The position numbers and the translations under genes are program-made. This document shows positions 12,203 to 24,575 of a stretch of 64,000 bases of DNA, piece after piece. Source of the DNA: Utricularia gibba (taxonomy: Eukaryota; Plantae; Magnoliophyta); contig NEEC01000023.1 in NCBI GenBank assembly GCA_002189035.1, positions 682,001 through 746,000 on the forward strand. The letters are read 5' to 3'. Numbering within the stretch: the first letter of the stretch is position 1; each line of letters starts with the position of its first letter. The notes under the pieces were generated by a model. It was not told the origin of the DNA and did not search any database. It was given only the letters and a program-made list of their open reading frames with translations.

Positions 12203-14996
12203 ATGGACGGAGCGCCGATGGAAACCGAAGCACTCCACCGTGAACAATCCTCTTACAATTCATTGGTAGGAGGATTTGTTTTGTTGGCCTCTATGCTGTG
12301 TTTATGCTCTGAATTTCTATTGTATCTGTGGTAGCTATGACTTTGTAGTTTCTACTTCGGGCGTTCTTTTTGTTTCTTTTCAGGATGAGAGTTTCGCGAT
12401 CGATAAAGAGATGTACAGAGGCCAACAGTTCAGTCAGATATATTTCGCGCGACTTCACCTGATGAGAACTCTACTTTACTCTCTTCTGCCAAATTGGAAG
12501 CCCCATCTGCCAGGTAAAATTCTAAAAGGGCGTTATTTTGTGGCAATCTCTATATATAATTTCTGGGTTTCTGCAAGTGATCATTTCTGTCTTTTCACAA
12601 GCATTCAAACCAAAGATGCAATTTTTGTGTGAGTGAATTACATTTTGGATATTACTAGTCTCTCCAGAGTCTTCTCTTGCGGTGTTACTTAGTCCACTGG
12701 CTAATAGTGGTGACTTGAACGGCTTTATAGATAAAACTTAGCATTAAGAGAAAATGGCGGGATTGCTTAAACAACTTGCTCTCAAAATAGAAGTAGAAGT
12801 AAAAGAAGAATAGTGACTCTTCAGGTTTTGATGGGTGTTTGAACGGTCCTTTTAACCTGGAAGTGCAAAAAGTATGTTTCTCTGTAATTGGCTTCTCAAA
12901 TTTCTTGTTTGTTGCAGTTTGCACTGTGCTTGGACTTGTAGAAGGAAAGGACTGCATTATTGTGGAACTCTCTTTAAGCACATGAAGCTCAAGCCTACAA
13001 TATTGGATGAATACTCAAAGGAGGTACCATGACTGTTTCTGATGTTTCAGATTTCCTAGCCTTTTCCTGGCCCAAGATTGCCTTCTATCTTGTGCATATC
13101 GCATTTCAGAGATCTGCAGTCCCACTTGTACAACCTCACAATTTCATACACTCGGATGATTATTTAACTTTGGAAGATGAGAGTGGAAGAGTTAAGCTCC
13201 GTGGGACTATTTTGCCGTCCAAATATGTGACAGGTATTCATCAGTGGGCCTGTGCATAAGTAGCTCCGATTTCTTTTAATGCCCATCTTAATGCTAAGAA
13301 AAAGTGCACCTGAACTTCATATTTAGTATAAACAAGGAACCCTTATGAGTACTCTTGCAGGTATAGTAGTTGCACTGCATGGAAAAGATACCGGAGAAGG
13401 AGATTTTTTGGTAGAGGATATTTTTGAAGCTGGCATACCTGATCAGATAGAGCGTCCGCTTACTCTGGGTAACTCTTCAATGTGTTTTGTGGTACTTGTC
13501 GATCCATAAGTACGGATCAAGTTATTCTTCAGTTTTATATGCTGATACGAAATGGAAATGTGGCACAGGTGAGGATAAGTTTGTCGTTTTTGTATCGGGT
13601 TTGAGGATTGGAAGCAGCTCTGTAAATCCTCTCCATCTTCAGCTTTTTGTGGACCATGTAACAGGGCATCTTGGGGATGAACAGGTTTCATTCCTCTTTA
13701 TCTGTGTTCCTCAAGACATTGCATTGTTGGTCTCTCTGATTTTCATCTTTTTCATGACGGCATCAGGAGCAAGCCATCGCTGCCAAAATTGTTCAGATTG
13801 TCATTGCTGGTAATTCCGTTGAGATTCCTCGTGTTCTCCTCGGTGGTCAGGTACTTTCAGAAACACGCTAACTCATCACTATAAGATGGTTTGTGCTGTT
13901 GTTAGTGATGCTCTTCAGTGCTGCATTGTTTTAGAATTTGGGTTCAAAGGATCATTCTGAACTATCCGAGCCCATAAAAGAGCTGGATATTGTTCTCACT
14001 CAGGTGCTAGTCATGCCTCCTGTGATGCATAAATCATTTAAGTGAAATGTTTTCACAGCATAGAGTGTTGCAGATTGTTGCAGGGGTGCCTCTGGACATA
14101 ATGCCAGGAAACAAGGACCCAGCGAATTTTTCTTTGCCACAACAGGTGCCCATTTCATTTATTTATCCACAGTGAACACAGAAAGTACTGAATTCAGCTT
14201 ATTTTTCCCCTCCAAGCCTTTGCATCGATGCCTTTTTCCTGGATCAAGAGCTTTTAACACCTTCAGATCATGCCCTAACCCTCATTCTTTCGAGCTAGAC
14301 AACGTGAGGTAAGATTATCCTTAAAAGGGAAGCATTTTCTATTCTTTTGAGCATTTTCTTGCCCTCACATATGTCTCCTTTATCAGGTTTCTCGGAACAT
14401 CTGGTCAGAACATTGATGACCTTGAGAAGTACAGCGATGCGGAAAGCAAACTTGAATTCATGGAGAGAACTTTGAAATGGAGGCATCTTGCACCAACAGC
14501 ACCGAACACTCTAGGCCTGTTATATTTAGCTGTGCATTACGAAACCTCATGGTTTCCTTTCTGACATGCATTTTGCTGCTGTCCAGGATGTTACCCTTTC
14601 ACTGATAGAGACCCTTTTTACATTGAGACGTGCCCTCATGTCTACTTCATCGGGAACCAAGACAAGTATGAGACCAGCATGATAAAGGGTATGTTTACCC
14701 TTTCACTACATGTGTATCGGTTTCGATACAAATATTCATGTTCACTCAGCAGAATAAGGTGACGGTGCAGGTTCTGAAGGGCAGGTTGTTAGACTCATCT
14801 GCATTCCTAAATTCGCAGAAACAGCAACTGCCGTTGTGGTGAGTTTCTGAAACCCGCGTATAATGCAAATAAGAAGGCCCTTTTTCTGTCCTTGTTCTCT
14901 CATCAACGTCCAAAATGCTGCTACATCATGCAGTTGAATCTTAGGAATCTTGAATGCCATGCTCTCAGTTTCGGAGCTAAGTTCGATTCATGGTGA
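12203..14996 (+). CDS. POLD2: DNA polymerase delta small subunit, multi-exon; 1-bp shortfall at GG 12964-12965
   Basis: [77 protein letters not shown] and [12 protein letters not shown] motifs across GT-AG exons. Confidence 0.95.
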
Positions 14997-15427
14997 ACAG
15001 GTACTGTACAATATATTTTGCAGTCACTTAGGAATCTTGGATGCCATACTCTCAGTTCCTTGGATCGCTGTACTGTAACACACGTTCATGGAAATCTTGG
15101 GGTAAAATGTTGTGGATATACCAGTTGCAAATTGATATGATAATGAGTTTGTGATCAATATGGGAACTCAAATCTGACCAAGATGAGCAAAATCTGTGCT
15201 ACATGTATCATCAACTGAGTCTGCCCCTTCACCAATTTTGAACCCCACCAGCTCTCAGTTTCTCGTGAATCTATCTCTACATTTTCGTTCAGTTACCAGC
15301 GTAAGATTTCCGCACCGCCGCCCCTTGAAGCCAGGGTATGACCCATGCTTTTCGATGACTCGATCGGAAGTTGCTAGGTTCGAGCCAACTGCAAGGATTC
15401 CATCCAGTGCCCAGAAGGTTAGAAGTG

Positions 15428-15777
15428 TCAACCAACTGATGGAACCTCGGGATCGTCATGAGCTGTCATCCATACGAGCGCTAATAGTGCCTTGTACGAA
15501 AGGAAAGCGATCAACCCCTTCGGCACGAATCCATCAGGGAGGTAAACGTTGGTCAGTAAGAAACCGTCTCCGGCTATCTCCTCCGGCATCGTGTCCTTCA
15601 TCATTCTCCCCATGGTATGCAAGACTCCGTTTGGCGCCTGCTTTCGCTTGTCGACGCCGTGCGTAATAATTTTTTTTTCCGGCGAGACCTTCGACGAGTT
15701 CCGGAAGCTCGCAGCGTCGGTTTTGATGATCTCTGGAGCGAAGATGTGTAGTATCCGGGTTTTAGCGACGTCTCCAT
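15428..15777 (-). CDS. VQ-motif protein (VQ17/18/25/26-like) with apparent frameshifts; C-terminus uncertain
   Basis: Restoring single bases at 15757-59 and 15701-02 gives METSLKPRILHIFAPEIIKTDAASFRELVEGLAG. RILHIFAPEIIKTD is diagnostic of this VQ subgroup. Confidence 0.7.
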
Positions 15778-16301
15778 TCTCCGCGGGGATTGGGGAGGAA
15801 TGGGGAGTGATATCGGGAAATTCACGTGACGGTCCAAGCGTGATCGTTACGATGCGCACGCGTGTCGTTGGGATTCTCCGTGCTTTTTGCTAAGTTGCGC
15901 CGAGTATTTTATTTTTTTCGATCGTTTATTTTAATATAAAATCACAACCCACAACATCAAACAATGTTTTAAAATTCGGTTAAAATGGGATTAAACTGGA
16001 TTCAATTCAAATTCATGAATAAATCGGAAAATCGAAACCGTAAAAATCCCCACACAAACAATTTTGAAGTTATATAAAATATTATTAAAATAACGAAGTA
16101 TGTTGATGGTCTACTTCATATATTTGAACGGAACAACCAACTCAAGCTACGACTCGTGGAATGAAGACTCGATAATTTATTGAAACATTACGGTACAACG
16201 AAGTATACGTATGCGGGCTGGCTCGAATGATGTGCGGAACGCAGAACAATGCTTTAAAGGTCAAAAGTTCCGATCAGATGGCGACGGTGCCTGATGTTCG
16301 G

Positions 16302-16547
16302 TCACATAGGGGTGGGTGCAGAGGACGGCGGTGGCGTAGTAGACGGTGGTGGGGGAGGGCAAAATGGGAACTTTGGGACAGGAGGAAATGTCCAAGATGG
16401 CATGGGGGGCATTCCGGGTAGGTTTGGTATCGGAGGTGGCCATGGAAATGAAGGTTGCGGGGACTCTGCATCGCAAAACCAAGCTTTGGTGTTCATCGCA
16501 AGGGTCGCAAAGACGAGCATCCACGCAACGCAGAGGCTGCTCCTCAT
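16302..16547 (-). CDS. Small secreted proline-rich protein (81 aa)
   Basis: Hydrophobic signal-like MRSSLCVAWMLVFATLAMNTKAWFC, then PSFPWPPPIPNLPGMPPMPSWTFPPVPKFPFCPPPPP. Confidence 0.65.
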   Translation of the reverse strand: MRSSLCVAWMLVFATLAMNTKAWFCDAESPQPSFPWPPPIPNLPGMPPMPSWTFPPVPKFPFCPPPPPSTTPPPSSAPTPM

Positions 16548-16995
16548 ATTCTTAATCGAAGTAAAAGTGAGCTGTGGGGTTGATGCAATGGGTGGTGTTT
16601 TCATGAAGGATTTATAGGCATGAAAGCGTTGAATCTTGGCATCAAATTAATGCAACTCTCGGGAACAAATATAGGTTGTTACCAGTTCTATCTCATTATG
16701 GGTATAGAGAGTTTATTGCCATACACATCAAGCGCCATTAATTCTACATTCTATCAAAGTTGAGAAGGAGATGGAGAGAGATATGGTGTTCTGTGTTGCT
16801 TGTTGACGGCTTCAGATCATGCCACACATCTGCTTTCTTTGGGAAGTCTTTTTTGTGTACAGAGTTTGTGGGAGCAAAGCTGATGCGGCAGTTCTCTGCT
16901 TTCAACAGATTCTTCTGAAATCAAACAATTCGCTGCTTCCTCGTTTCTAGCTGGGAGACGGAGTTGGAAATTTCAATGCGCGCCAATAAGAAGAA

Positions 16996-17782
16996 TCATG
17001 CGAATATGGTTCGGCTTCCAGTTCCAGAAGGCAGCCTGAAGCTGATGGCAGCCATTGGACGAGTCTGTGGTGCCAGTGCCTGCTTAAGATTCTCCAGCTC
17101 TCTTTCCAACTCATCCTGCCGGCACTTTATCACCTGAGGGTCAGCCATTCATCGACTAAACAATGGTTGGAAACAGAATCGGATGGTTTGGTTCGATCCT
17201 GATTCAGCCATCCAAACACCATTGATGAATATGAGAAAATCACTAACCTCTAGCTCCTCCTTACGTGCCGCCTCTTTCCTGGCTTCTGATCTCGAACTTC
17301 TTTGCACCTCAAACGTCACACCCAATCCTGCAACCTACCCACCAGCAAACAAGCAAGTTCGTCAGAGCAGGATTGCCGGACCCGCGGAGACGAAAACACA
17401 AGTTTCCGAAACCATGGATCAAAGCTCGAGTTGTACCCACCGTGAAAATGAAGCCTTCCCCAAGGAGATCGGCGGCAGCCTGAACCGCTTTCTCTTCGTT
17501 CAGGGGACGAATCTTGGTGTCGGTTGCTTGAGCATATATCTGTCGCTGTATCTTCGTGCTCAACCGATGGTTTGCCTGCCATCCCATCAATCCAGAATCT
17601 ACGATTTGGGGTTCACTTGCAGAGGAGATCGCTAGGGCTAGAAAGTAGAATACCTGGGCAAGATTTATTATCGATTGCCTGAACTTGGGGTTCGAACCTG
17701 CCTCCTTCTTGATGCGTTTTCCGATGGGTTTGCAGATCGCTTTGAGTGCCAAGGCGCCCAGCTTGAAAACCGGCAGTATCAT
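16996..17782 (-). CDS. OPA3-like mitochondrial protein, 4 exons
   Basis: MILPVFKLGALALKAICKPIGKRIKKEA..PKFR, IRPLNEEKAVQAAADLLGEGFIF and FEVQRSSRSEARKE motifs, with in-frame GT-AG introns. Confidence 0.9.
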
Positions 17783-18300
17783 CTCACCAACAACACATCC
17801 GCACGCACCCCGCGCGACGTGGTTTCTGTTCTTCCTGCCTACAGATTGCTGAGACGTGGAGAACGGAGCAACCACTCACCAATCACCATCCATCCATCAC
17901 ATGCCTTCTCCTCAGTCTCGCCCACCACTGGCATATGCTACTTTATGTCCTCTTCTTCATAAGATTTGATCCGTTCATACAACCAAAGTGTGCCACTTTA
18001 TCTTGGAGTTCTGGGTTTTGTCAAATATGCTTGGAGAGGATGTCAAGTTGACAAAAGCTTTACATTCTTGTGAAGCTGCCGCTGGCATATTGGGAATGAG
18101 CCAGACGAATAGATACACAGACAGTCAATGCGTTTTGAAGTACTTAAAGTTTACACAGACCGCAGCAATACTCAGCCTTGAGATTCAATGGCTGTCACAT
18201 CCATATAATGTTTCGGGGAAATGAAACAAACTATCTACTACTTAAAACCAGCTTTACCGACGGGCTTCAGAGCATGATGGATGAGCATGGACGCCAAGAC

Positions 18301-18879
18301 TTAGAAACCATGAATCTTTATGTTATCCTTCTTCACGATCCCAGCCTGCTCATGAGGCGGCAAGATTAGTTGCTGAAAGAGCTAAAAGCTACAGTGATGA
18401 GCCTCAGTCGTCATTACCTGAACAAGGAAGGAAGACACGTTCTTTCTCTGATCACCTTGCAGCTGAATAACCTAGGGGCGAGACGGGATCGTAAAGCATC
18501 AAACACCCATTGATGCAACGTGTTCAAAGCAAGGAATGACAGATCAGACACCAACCTGGCCTAGTTCAGGGTCTTGAACGACAGTTCCATTGCAGCAAAA
18601 CTCTTTCTTGAGATCCTTCAAGATTTTGCTGTAGCTGAACTCTTTCTTCAACCCCTGCACAGTCGTTAGGCTTTTTCGACCATTACGCTGCTGCACACGA
18701 ATATGAATGTAGTCTTTTGACCCTGCCCCAGAATCCTCAGCGTTTGCATCAGAAAAAGGATCTAGAATCGCATGAAAGAATCATGCTGTCAGTTAGGAAG
18801 ACACACAAAGGCACTCCTCAGGATTCATTGAAGAAGCCATACCATAGGTAGCGGGAACCACGACGTCAAGTTCAGACAT
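18301..18879 (-). CDS. SUI1: Translation initiation factor eIF1/SUI1, 4 coding exons plus 5'UTR intron
   Basis: HIRVQQRNGRKSLTTVQGLKKEFSYSKILKDLKKEFCCNG, VIQLQGDQRKNV, KIHGF*. Confidence 0.96.
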
Positions 18880-19990
18880 GAAAAGAATGTTAAACCCACC
18901 TTTGTCCTTAACCTTGAAATCTGAAACACACAAAAAAAAAAACGAAAATCAAGAAACCGCATAAATCTAACGGGCATCACGATGTAACAGCTGATCCAAT
19001 CTCGTTGGGGGCAAAATGAATATTAACACCTCACAAAAAACCAGGCTCCGCAGTCGCCTACTCCTACAATTTACCCTAAAACGTAAATTATGTCGAACAA
19101 CGCAATAAAATTCCAAAGAATCATCGAGAAAATCGAGGAAAGAGATTTTCGCACAGTTGATACAACACCAGAAACATGATCAAAACCCCAACCTTTTTAT
19201 GAATCTCATCAACGAAAATAACATACAATCAACGAGATTACGAGACAATACTTCTCAGCGTCCCAGAAAAAGCAAATCCCATGGACATACACAAACAAGG
19301 AATCAAATCAACAATTGAAGAACAAGTAAAGAAAAAAAAACACCTTCAGAGAGGGGAAGAGAGGACACGAGAGTCGGCGATGAGGACCGTACGTAAAATA
19401 GAAATGGGAGGAATCGGGAAATACCAGAAAGTTGGATTAATGGGCCGGTGGATTGGTGGAATTAATCCAAGAGCTTCTTTAGAAGGCCCAACAACGTGAA
19501 AATAGAATCTTATTTTCTTTTTTAAAAAATAAAGAAGAATAAGATTCATCCCCAGTGACAGGAATGTTAGAATTTTGAAAAATTTTGGATTTTGAATTTA
19601 ATAAAAAAAATAAATTTCTGAAAAATTTTAGAAAAGAATGACAGAATTTCAGATAAATTTTAGGAATATTTCATGAAATTTAAAAGGAAGACTTTGGATA
19701 GACACCTGAAATTTAAAATCACCACATTTGTGCAGATAAACACTCCCATTTTTTCTGTCTTTTTTCCATTTTTTGTCATCACTTTTAAAAGTTATTCGGA
19801 ATATTTCATTTTCGGCATTTCTTTTTTAAGTGTGTGCGAATATGGTTTAGGGTACCGACATGGCGAGAATGAATTAAATATGCCGCGGAATGTCAGCATT
19901 CCAACGCGTAGGCAGTGCACCGGGTCTGAGTCATTTCTTTGGCTCTGATACTTACTCGCATTTGCAGCACCAACCAGCAGCTGAGCCGCC

Positions 19991-20502
19991 ATGGATCTGC
20001 TGGAGCAAGCCAAGAAGTTCATCGCGCAGAAGATCTCGGACATCCCGAAGCCGGAGGCCTCGCTCAACGACGTCGATTTCAAAGGCTTCGGCCTCGACGG
20101 CATAACCCTCCTCGCCAAAGTCGCCGTCTCCAATCCTTATTCCGTCCCCATCCCCATCTGCGAGATCGCCTATGTCTTCAAGAGCGCCAACCGCCGCGTC
20201 GCCGCCGGAACCATACCCGACCCCGGATCTCTCGTGGCGAACGGCAAGACAGTGCTCGATGTCACGGTTAAGGTGCCGCACAGCGCCATCGTCAGCCTCG
20301 TTCGCGACATCGGCGCCGATTGGGACATCGATTATCTCCTGGAGCTGGGGCTCATCATCGATCTTCCCATGATTGGGAATATCACGATCCCAGTGTCCTA
20401 CCCGGCGTCATGAAGCTGCCCTCGATCACTGACTTGTTCTTCGGGAAGTCGCCGGAGGAAGTGGAGAAAGACAGAGAAGCACTGGTAACGGAGAAACAGT
20501 GA
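19991..20502 (+). CDS. LEA14: Late embryogenesis abundant protein LEA14 (LEA_2 family), intronless; 1-bp shortfall at CCC 20401-20403
   Basis: NPYSVPIPICEIAY, GTIPDPGSL, DIGADWDIDYLLELGLIIDLPMIG. The conserved tail GVMKLPSITDLF lies in the shifted frame. Confidence 0.93.
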
Positions 20503-20599
20503 GCTGACTTCGAGCCATGTTCACTAGCCTGAGACCTTTTCCCTTGTAATTCCGTTGTGTACGGGGCATAAATAAGATACAGAGAGGAAACTACTGTGC

Positions 20600-21990
20600 T
20601 TCCCTTGGTATGAAGTTGTCATTTCAGAGCTTGCTTTGCTGTCTTGAATCATCCATCAGAATCTGCGAATTTCACATTTAGCCACTTCATGACTCAGAGG
20701 TTGTTGCCTACTTTGCGTTGATAAAAGAATTAGAAGACAACTAGCCCAAGCTCAATCATCGACGTTAGGAGCGGGTCGCCACATAAGGTTACCTTGAGAT
20801 AGCTTTTTTTTGCGAGAGCCGGTCATCAGGGGATCGATTTTCTGCAAAAATGATGCGTCGTTGTTGTGTATGTCAGCGAGACTGGAGTGGAAGGAGACTA
20901 CAAAACTGTTACTAACATTTTGAATTGCGCTTCATTCGTGCTGATCATTCTTCCCTGCTGCTGCCATTCACACAGCCCAACCATCACCCATTCGTTCATC
21001 TTGAGATGTGTTCATCAGACAGCGGCTCATGCCTCTTGCCGTGGGCTTCTGCAAGAGAGTTTTTTCTCCTACGCTGAAGATGAGAAAGTTTCAGCAGCAC
21101 ATCCTGAAGAATCGCTTGCCACAGAAACCAGACTCAGAATATACCTTTCATGGTCACCTAGGCTGCGGTAAGCCTTTCCATAGTGAAGCAATGAAAACTA
21201 CACCTTTCCAGGACACATTAAGCAGACCCACAAGAGTACCATCATTATTGCAGCAACAGTCCCCAGTCCACATAATTTATTGCAACAGCTATGAAGATCG
21301 CTCTGTTATTCAGCCACCTTACATCGATTTCACTTTCACCTTCTTTCCCTTGGCAAGTATCCCACTGAACCACATTAGCAAAGCAGTCATGTTGAACAAT
21401 TGATGAGCATGGGATCAAGCTTGTAAGCCAGAGAACCGTGAAAGACAGGGTTATATTTCATAAACAATAATATGAGAATAACAACAGGGAAAAACAGAAT
21501 TCATCGCCTTTCGAAGTATTATTTATTTCCAGAATGCAACGGAGATGATCAGTCAAGGCATAGTTGTGCCCATTTCAAAACAGGGAACATCACCTGCTAT
21601 AAAAAATAGTCATGAATAATCCTACCTATAAGAAGATGAAGTGCATCTGCAAGAAATTCCCTTCACAGAATTCCAGGTCTCTTCACATGCAATGGGATAC
21701 TATTACAGAATCGACTAGGTATTTCGCTGATGTCTTCTACTTTGATTTCCAATTTCTCCAATTCATGAAACTACTGCACGTATTATCCAATAGGATACTG
21801 AACCCGAAACCTAACCTTGAAACATCAAGAGTAACCAAAATGAACTCAAAATGAAAACCCTAAGAAAAAAATTCGATACGTACTCGCCTGAGTAGAAATG
21901 CCGGAACTCTCCGATTGTTCTCACACTCTTCCTCCTCGTTGAGCTTCGGATCTTCCCCGTTTCGGAAAACGACAGGACAGTCTGCGCACC
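20600..21990 (-). other. Unexplained probable transcription unit without a recognisable ORF
   Basis: GC-rich leader-like segment ~21990-21885 followed by T-rich intron-like sequence and a TAGCAG acceptor near 21595. Only short ORFs. Confidence 0.3.
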
Positions 21991-22998
21991 GATTGCACTC
22001 TCCCCGCGTTCCCGCCAAAAAGAAAAATGTGCATTTTTCTGATATTCGTATTTTTTTTAAAGAAAATATTTATATTAATTGTTAAAAAGTGATAACTTAA
22101 ATTGATCTTCATGTGGGCAGTGGCATGACGTGGACGCCACCATACCATAAAAGAGCATGTTACATCACGTAACACACACACACATTAATCGCCATCTAAT
22201 TTACTAATAATCATAATAGCGTATTATCGTGCAATTACATTGGACAAGGATTGAACATAAGCAGACTGTGACGGCAGCAATGACTAGTTGCGCCCTAACA
22301 TGGCCACTTGACATGATTTGCTACAATCACATTGAGGGGCAATCAAAAATTTAAGATCCTTGAATCATCAAATCGACTCTAACCATGTTGTTCGTCTATC
22401 TCTTTTAGATGAATCGTCTTAGATTTCGAAACTTATGTATCAATTAATCGATTGTATAAAACAAGTTGAATGTCAATCATCGATAAAATGCAATTTACAA
22501 ATCAGTGGATACGGGTGATGAAAATTAATATATTTGATGAGTTAAATTGCTATGATTCAAGAATTTATTTATTGAAATGTTTTGAAAAATTATAAGCAAT
22601 AATGTCCTTAAATTTTATAATCACGATTTAGTAGTTTCAATTCTTTTTTTTTTACTTCGGGAAGTAAAAAAAATAAAAGAATTAATAGATTAATTGATAA
22701 TTTGTTATTGTTGCCCTTTGTAAGTACATGTGTTTGTATTATTGGCTTTCTGCATTCGACGTACAACCGAAACAGTAAAGCGGCTCACGCTGTAAGAATA
22801 GAGACCTGAACTACAACAAGCACTACGTGTGTTTTTGTGGAAGGACAGCTGTGTAAGTCTAGAGAAATGACTTGGCACACAAAGCTGCAAAGAAGAAACG
22901 TTGGACAACACTTGAGTTGCTCCGGCTGAGCTGAAGCAGGTCCCGAGGTTGCACGATCTGTGGATTCATTCTCTGTTGTAGTAACATGTGTATATATG

Positions 22999-24575
22999 CT
23001 AGCATTGGCTGCCTGGGTAGCAGACAAGGGCTCCGGCGGCTGTGGTCAGAGAGCTAACAAGTTGGGAAGGTTTGGCCCCAAGCTTGAAGCTCTGGCGTAG
23101 CTGGATGGAGCTCCAGTTCCAGACTGTACAAAGTAAGCTCCATTGAGCATTAGATCGCCATCTGATCTCCAATTCCAGTTCTTCCAATCGGCCGCGCCGC
23201 CGTCTGCTCTCCTCGTTACCTGAACGGAACCCGATCGTAAATTGGCACTACGTCATAGTAATGAATGTTGGAGAGAACAAAGAGAATGGCTTACTTCCTT
23301 GGTGAAGGGTTGAACGAGGCAAGGAATCTGTTCCCCTGGCTGAGGATGGTGGGCTCTGCACTCCCGCCGATAGCATACATTTCCCAGCGAGTGTAATCGT
23401 TGTTCACAACATGGAAGTATCCATGCCTGCACCTGAAATAAGATAAAACCAGATGTATTGCATCCTTTCCTTTCCAGCAACAGTTATTCCCCAGGGTTCT
23501 TGTTTGTTGTACCTGGGCATCCTCTGCGAGAGCTTCTCATCAAAATGGTTGAACGCTATGGTAGCTTGCATTTGCTTATCCTTGACGTAAGTGTCGCTGT
23601 GTCCCAACAGCATGACCTTGTCATGATCGGTGAAATGGTTGTTCGAGATCGTCAAGGCGGTAGACCCCATGATGGCATCGATGAGGCCGTCGGCGGATCT
23701 CGCGAGGGAGTTATGGTCCACCCAGACATGGCTGGATCCAAAGATCGAGATCGCATCCCCATCAGCGATGGTCCTCCACCCGTAGTGAGACGGCGAGCTT
23801 CTGACCATGGCATTTCCGGTCGGCACACAATCGTGGACATGCAGGCCGTGGATGATGACATGGGATATGAACTGTATGGTGATGCATGCTCCGTACGCGA
23901 TGTGCACATTTGCGCCGCGACCGTCGATTGTCTTGAAGCTGTTCATGATCAGTTCCTGCTTCAGGGTGATGACCATGTCTCGCTCGAATATGATCCACAG
24001 GGGCTCGTCCTGGATGACGGCATGACGGAGCGTCCCAGGTCGGGGCTCACCGGGTCGTCGTCGCTCGGATCCGTGACAACGTAGTACCGGCCATCGCGAC
24101 CGCCGATGGCGTTTCGACCGAAGCCGATCGCGCAATCGGCGAGCAGCTTCCTGTTGTTGTGCCAGTTGGGATCGCACCTCCAACAGTCATCGATCGGGTT
24201 CCCTGTTCCACAGGAGAAGTATCCCAGCTTCCGCCTCTGCGTGGCGTTTCTTCTAGCCCTGCGTCATCGAACACACGGGAGATTTTAAATCCTCTGTCAT
24301 GTTTTCTATCGGGTTCAATCCACAGCACTTACATTTCTAGATTCACCATCTTTGCGACTCTTTCTTGATCTTGATGGTTGGCGGATCTCTGCAACGCCTC
24401 TTGCTCGCAACCTCTGAGAAGACAGACAAATGGAAAACACAAGGTTCAGCTGTATGACATCGGATTCTATCATTCGATGAAAAGGAGCATTTCTAACACG
24501 CAGTTACCCGAATTTCGTTGCAAGAAGAAGAACAAAGAGCAAGGAGAGGTATCTAGAGGAACACCACTGCCTCAT
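22999..24575 (-). CDS. Pectate lyase (PLL family); 1-bp shortfalls at 24042-45 and 23076-79
   Basis: Signal-peptide exon, [51 protein letters not shown] and [16 protein letters not shown] motifs. Confidence 0.95.
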
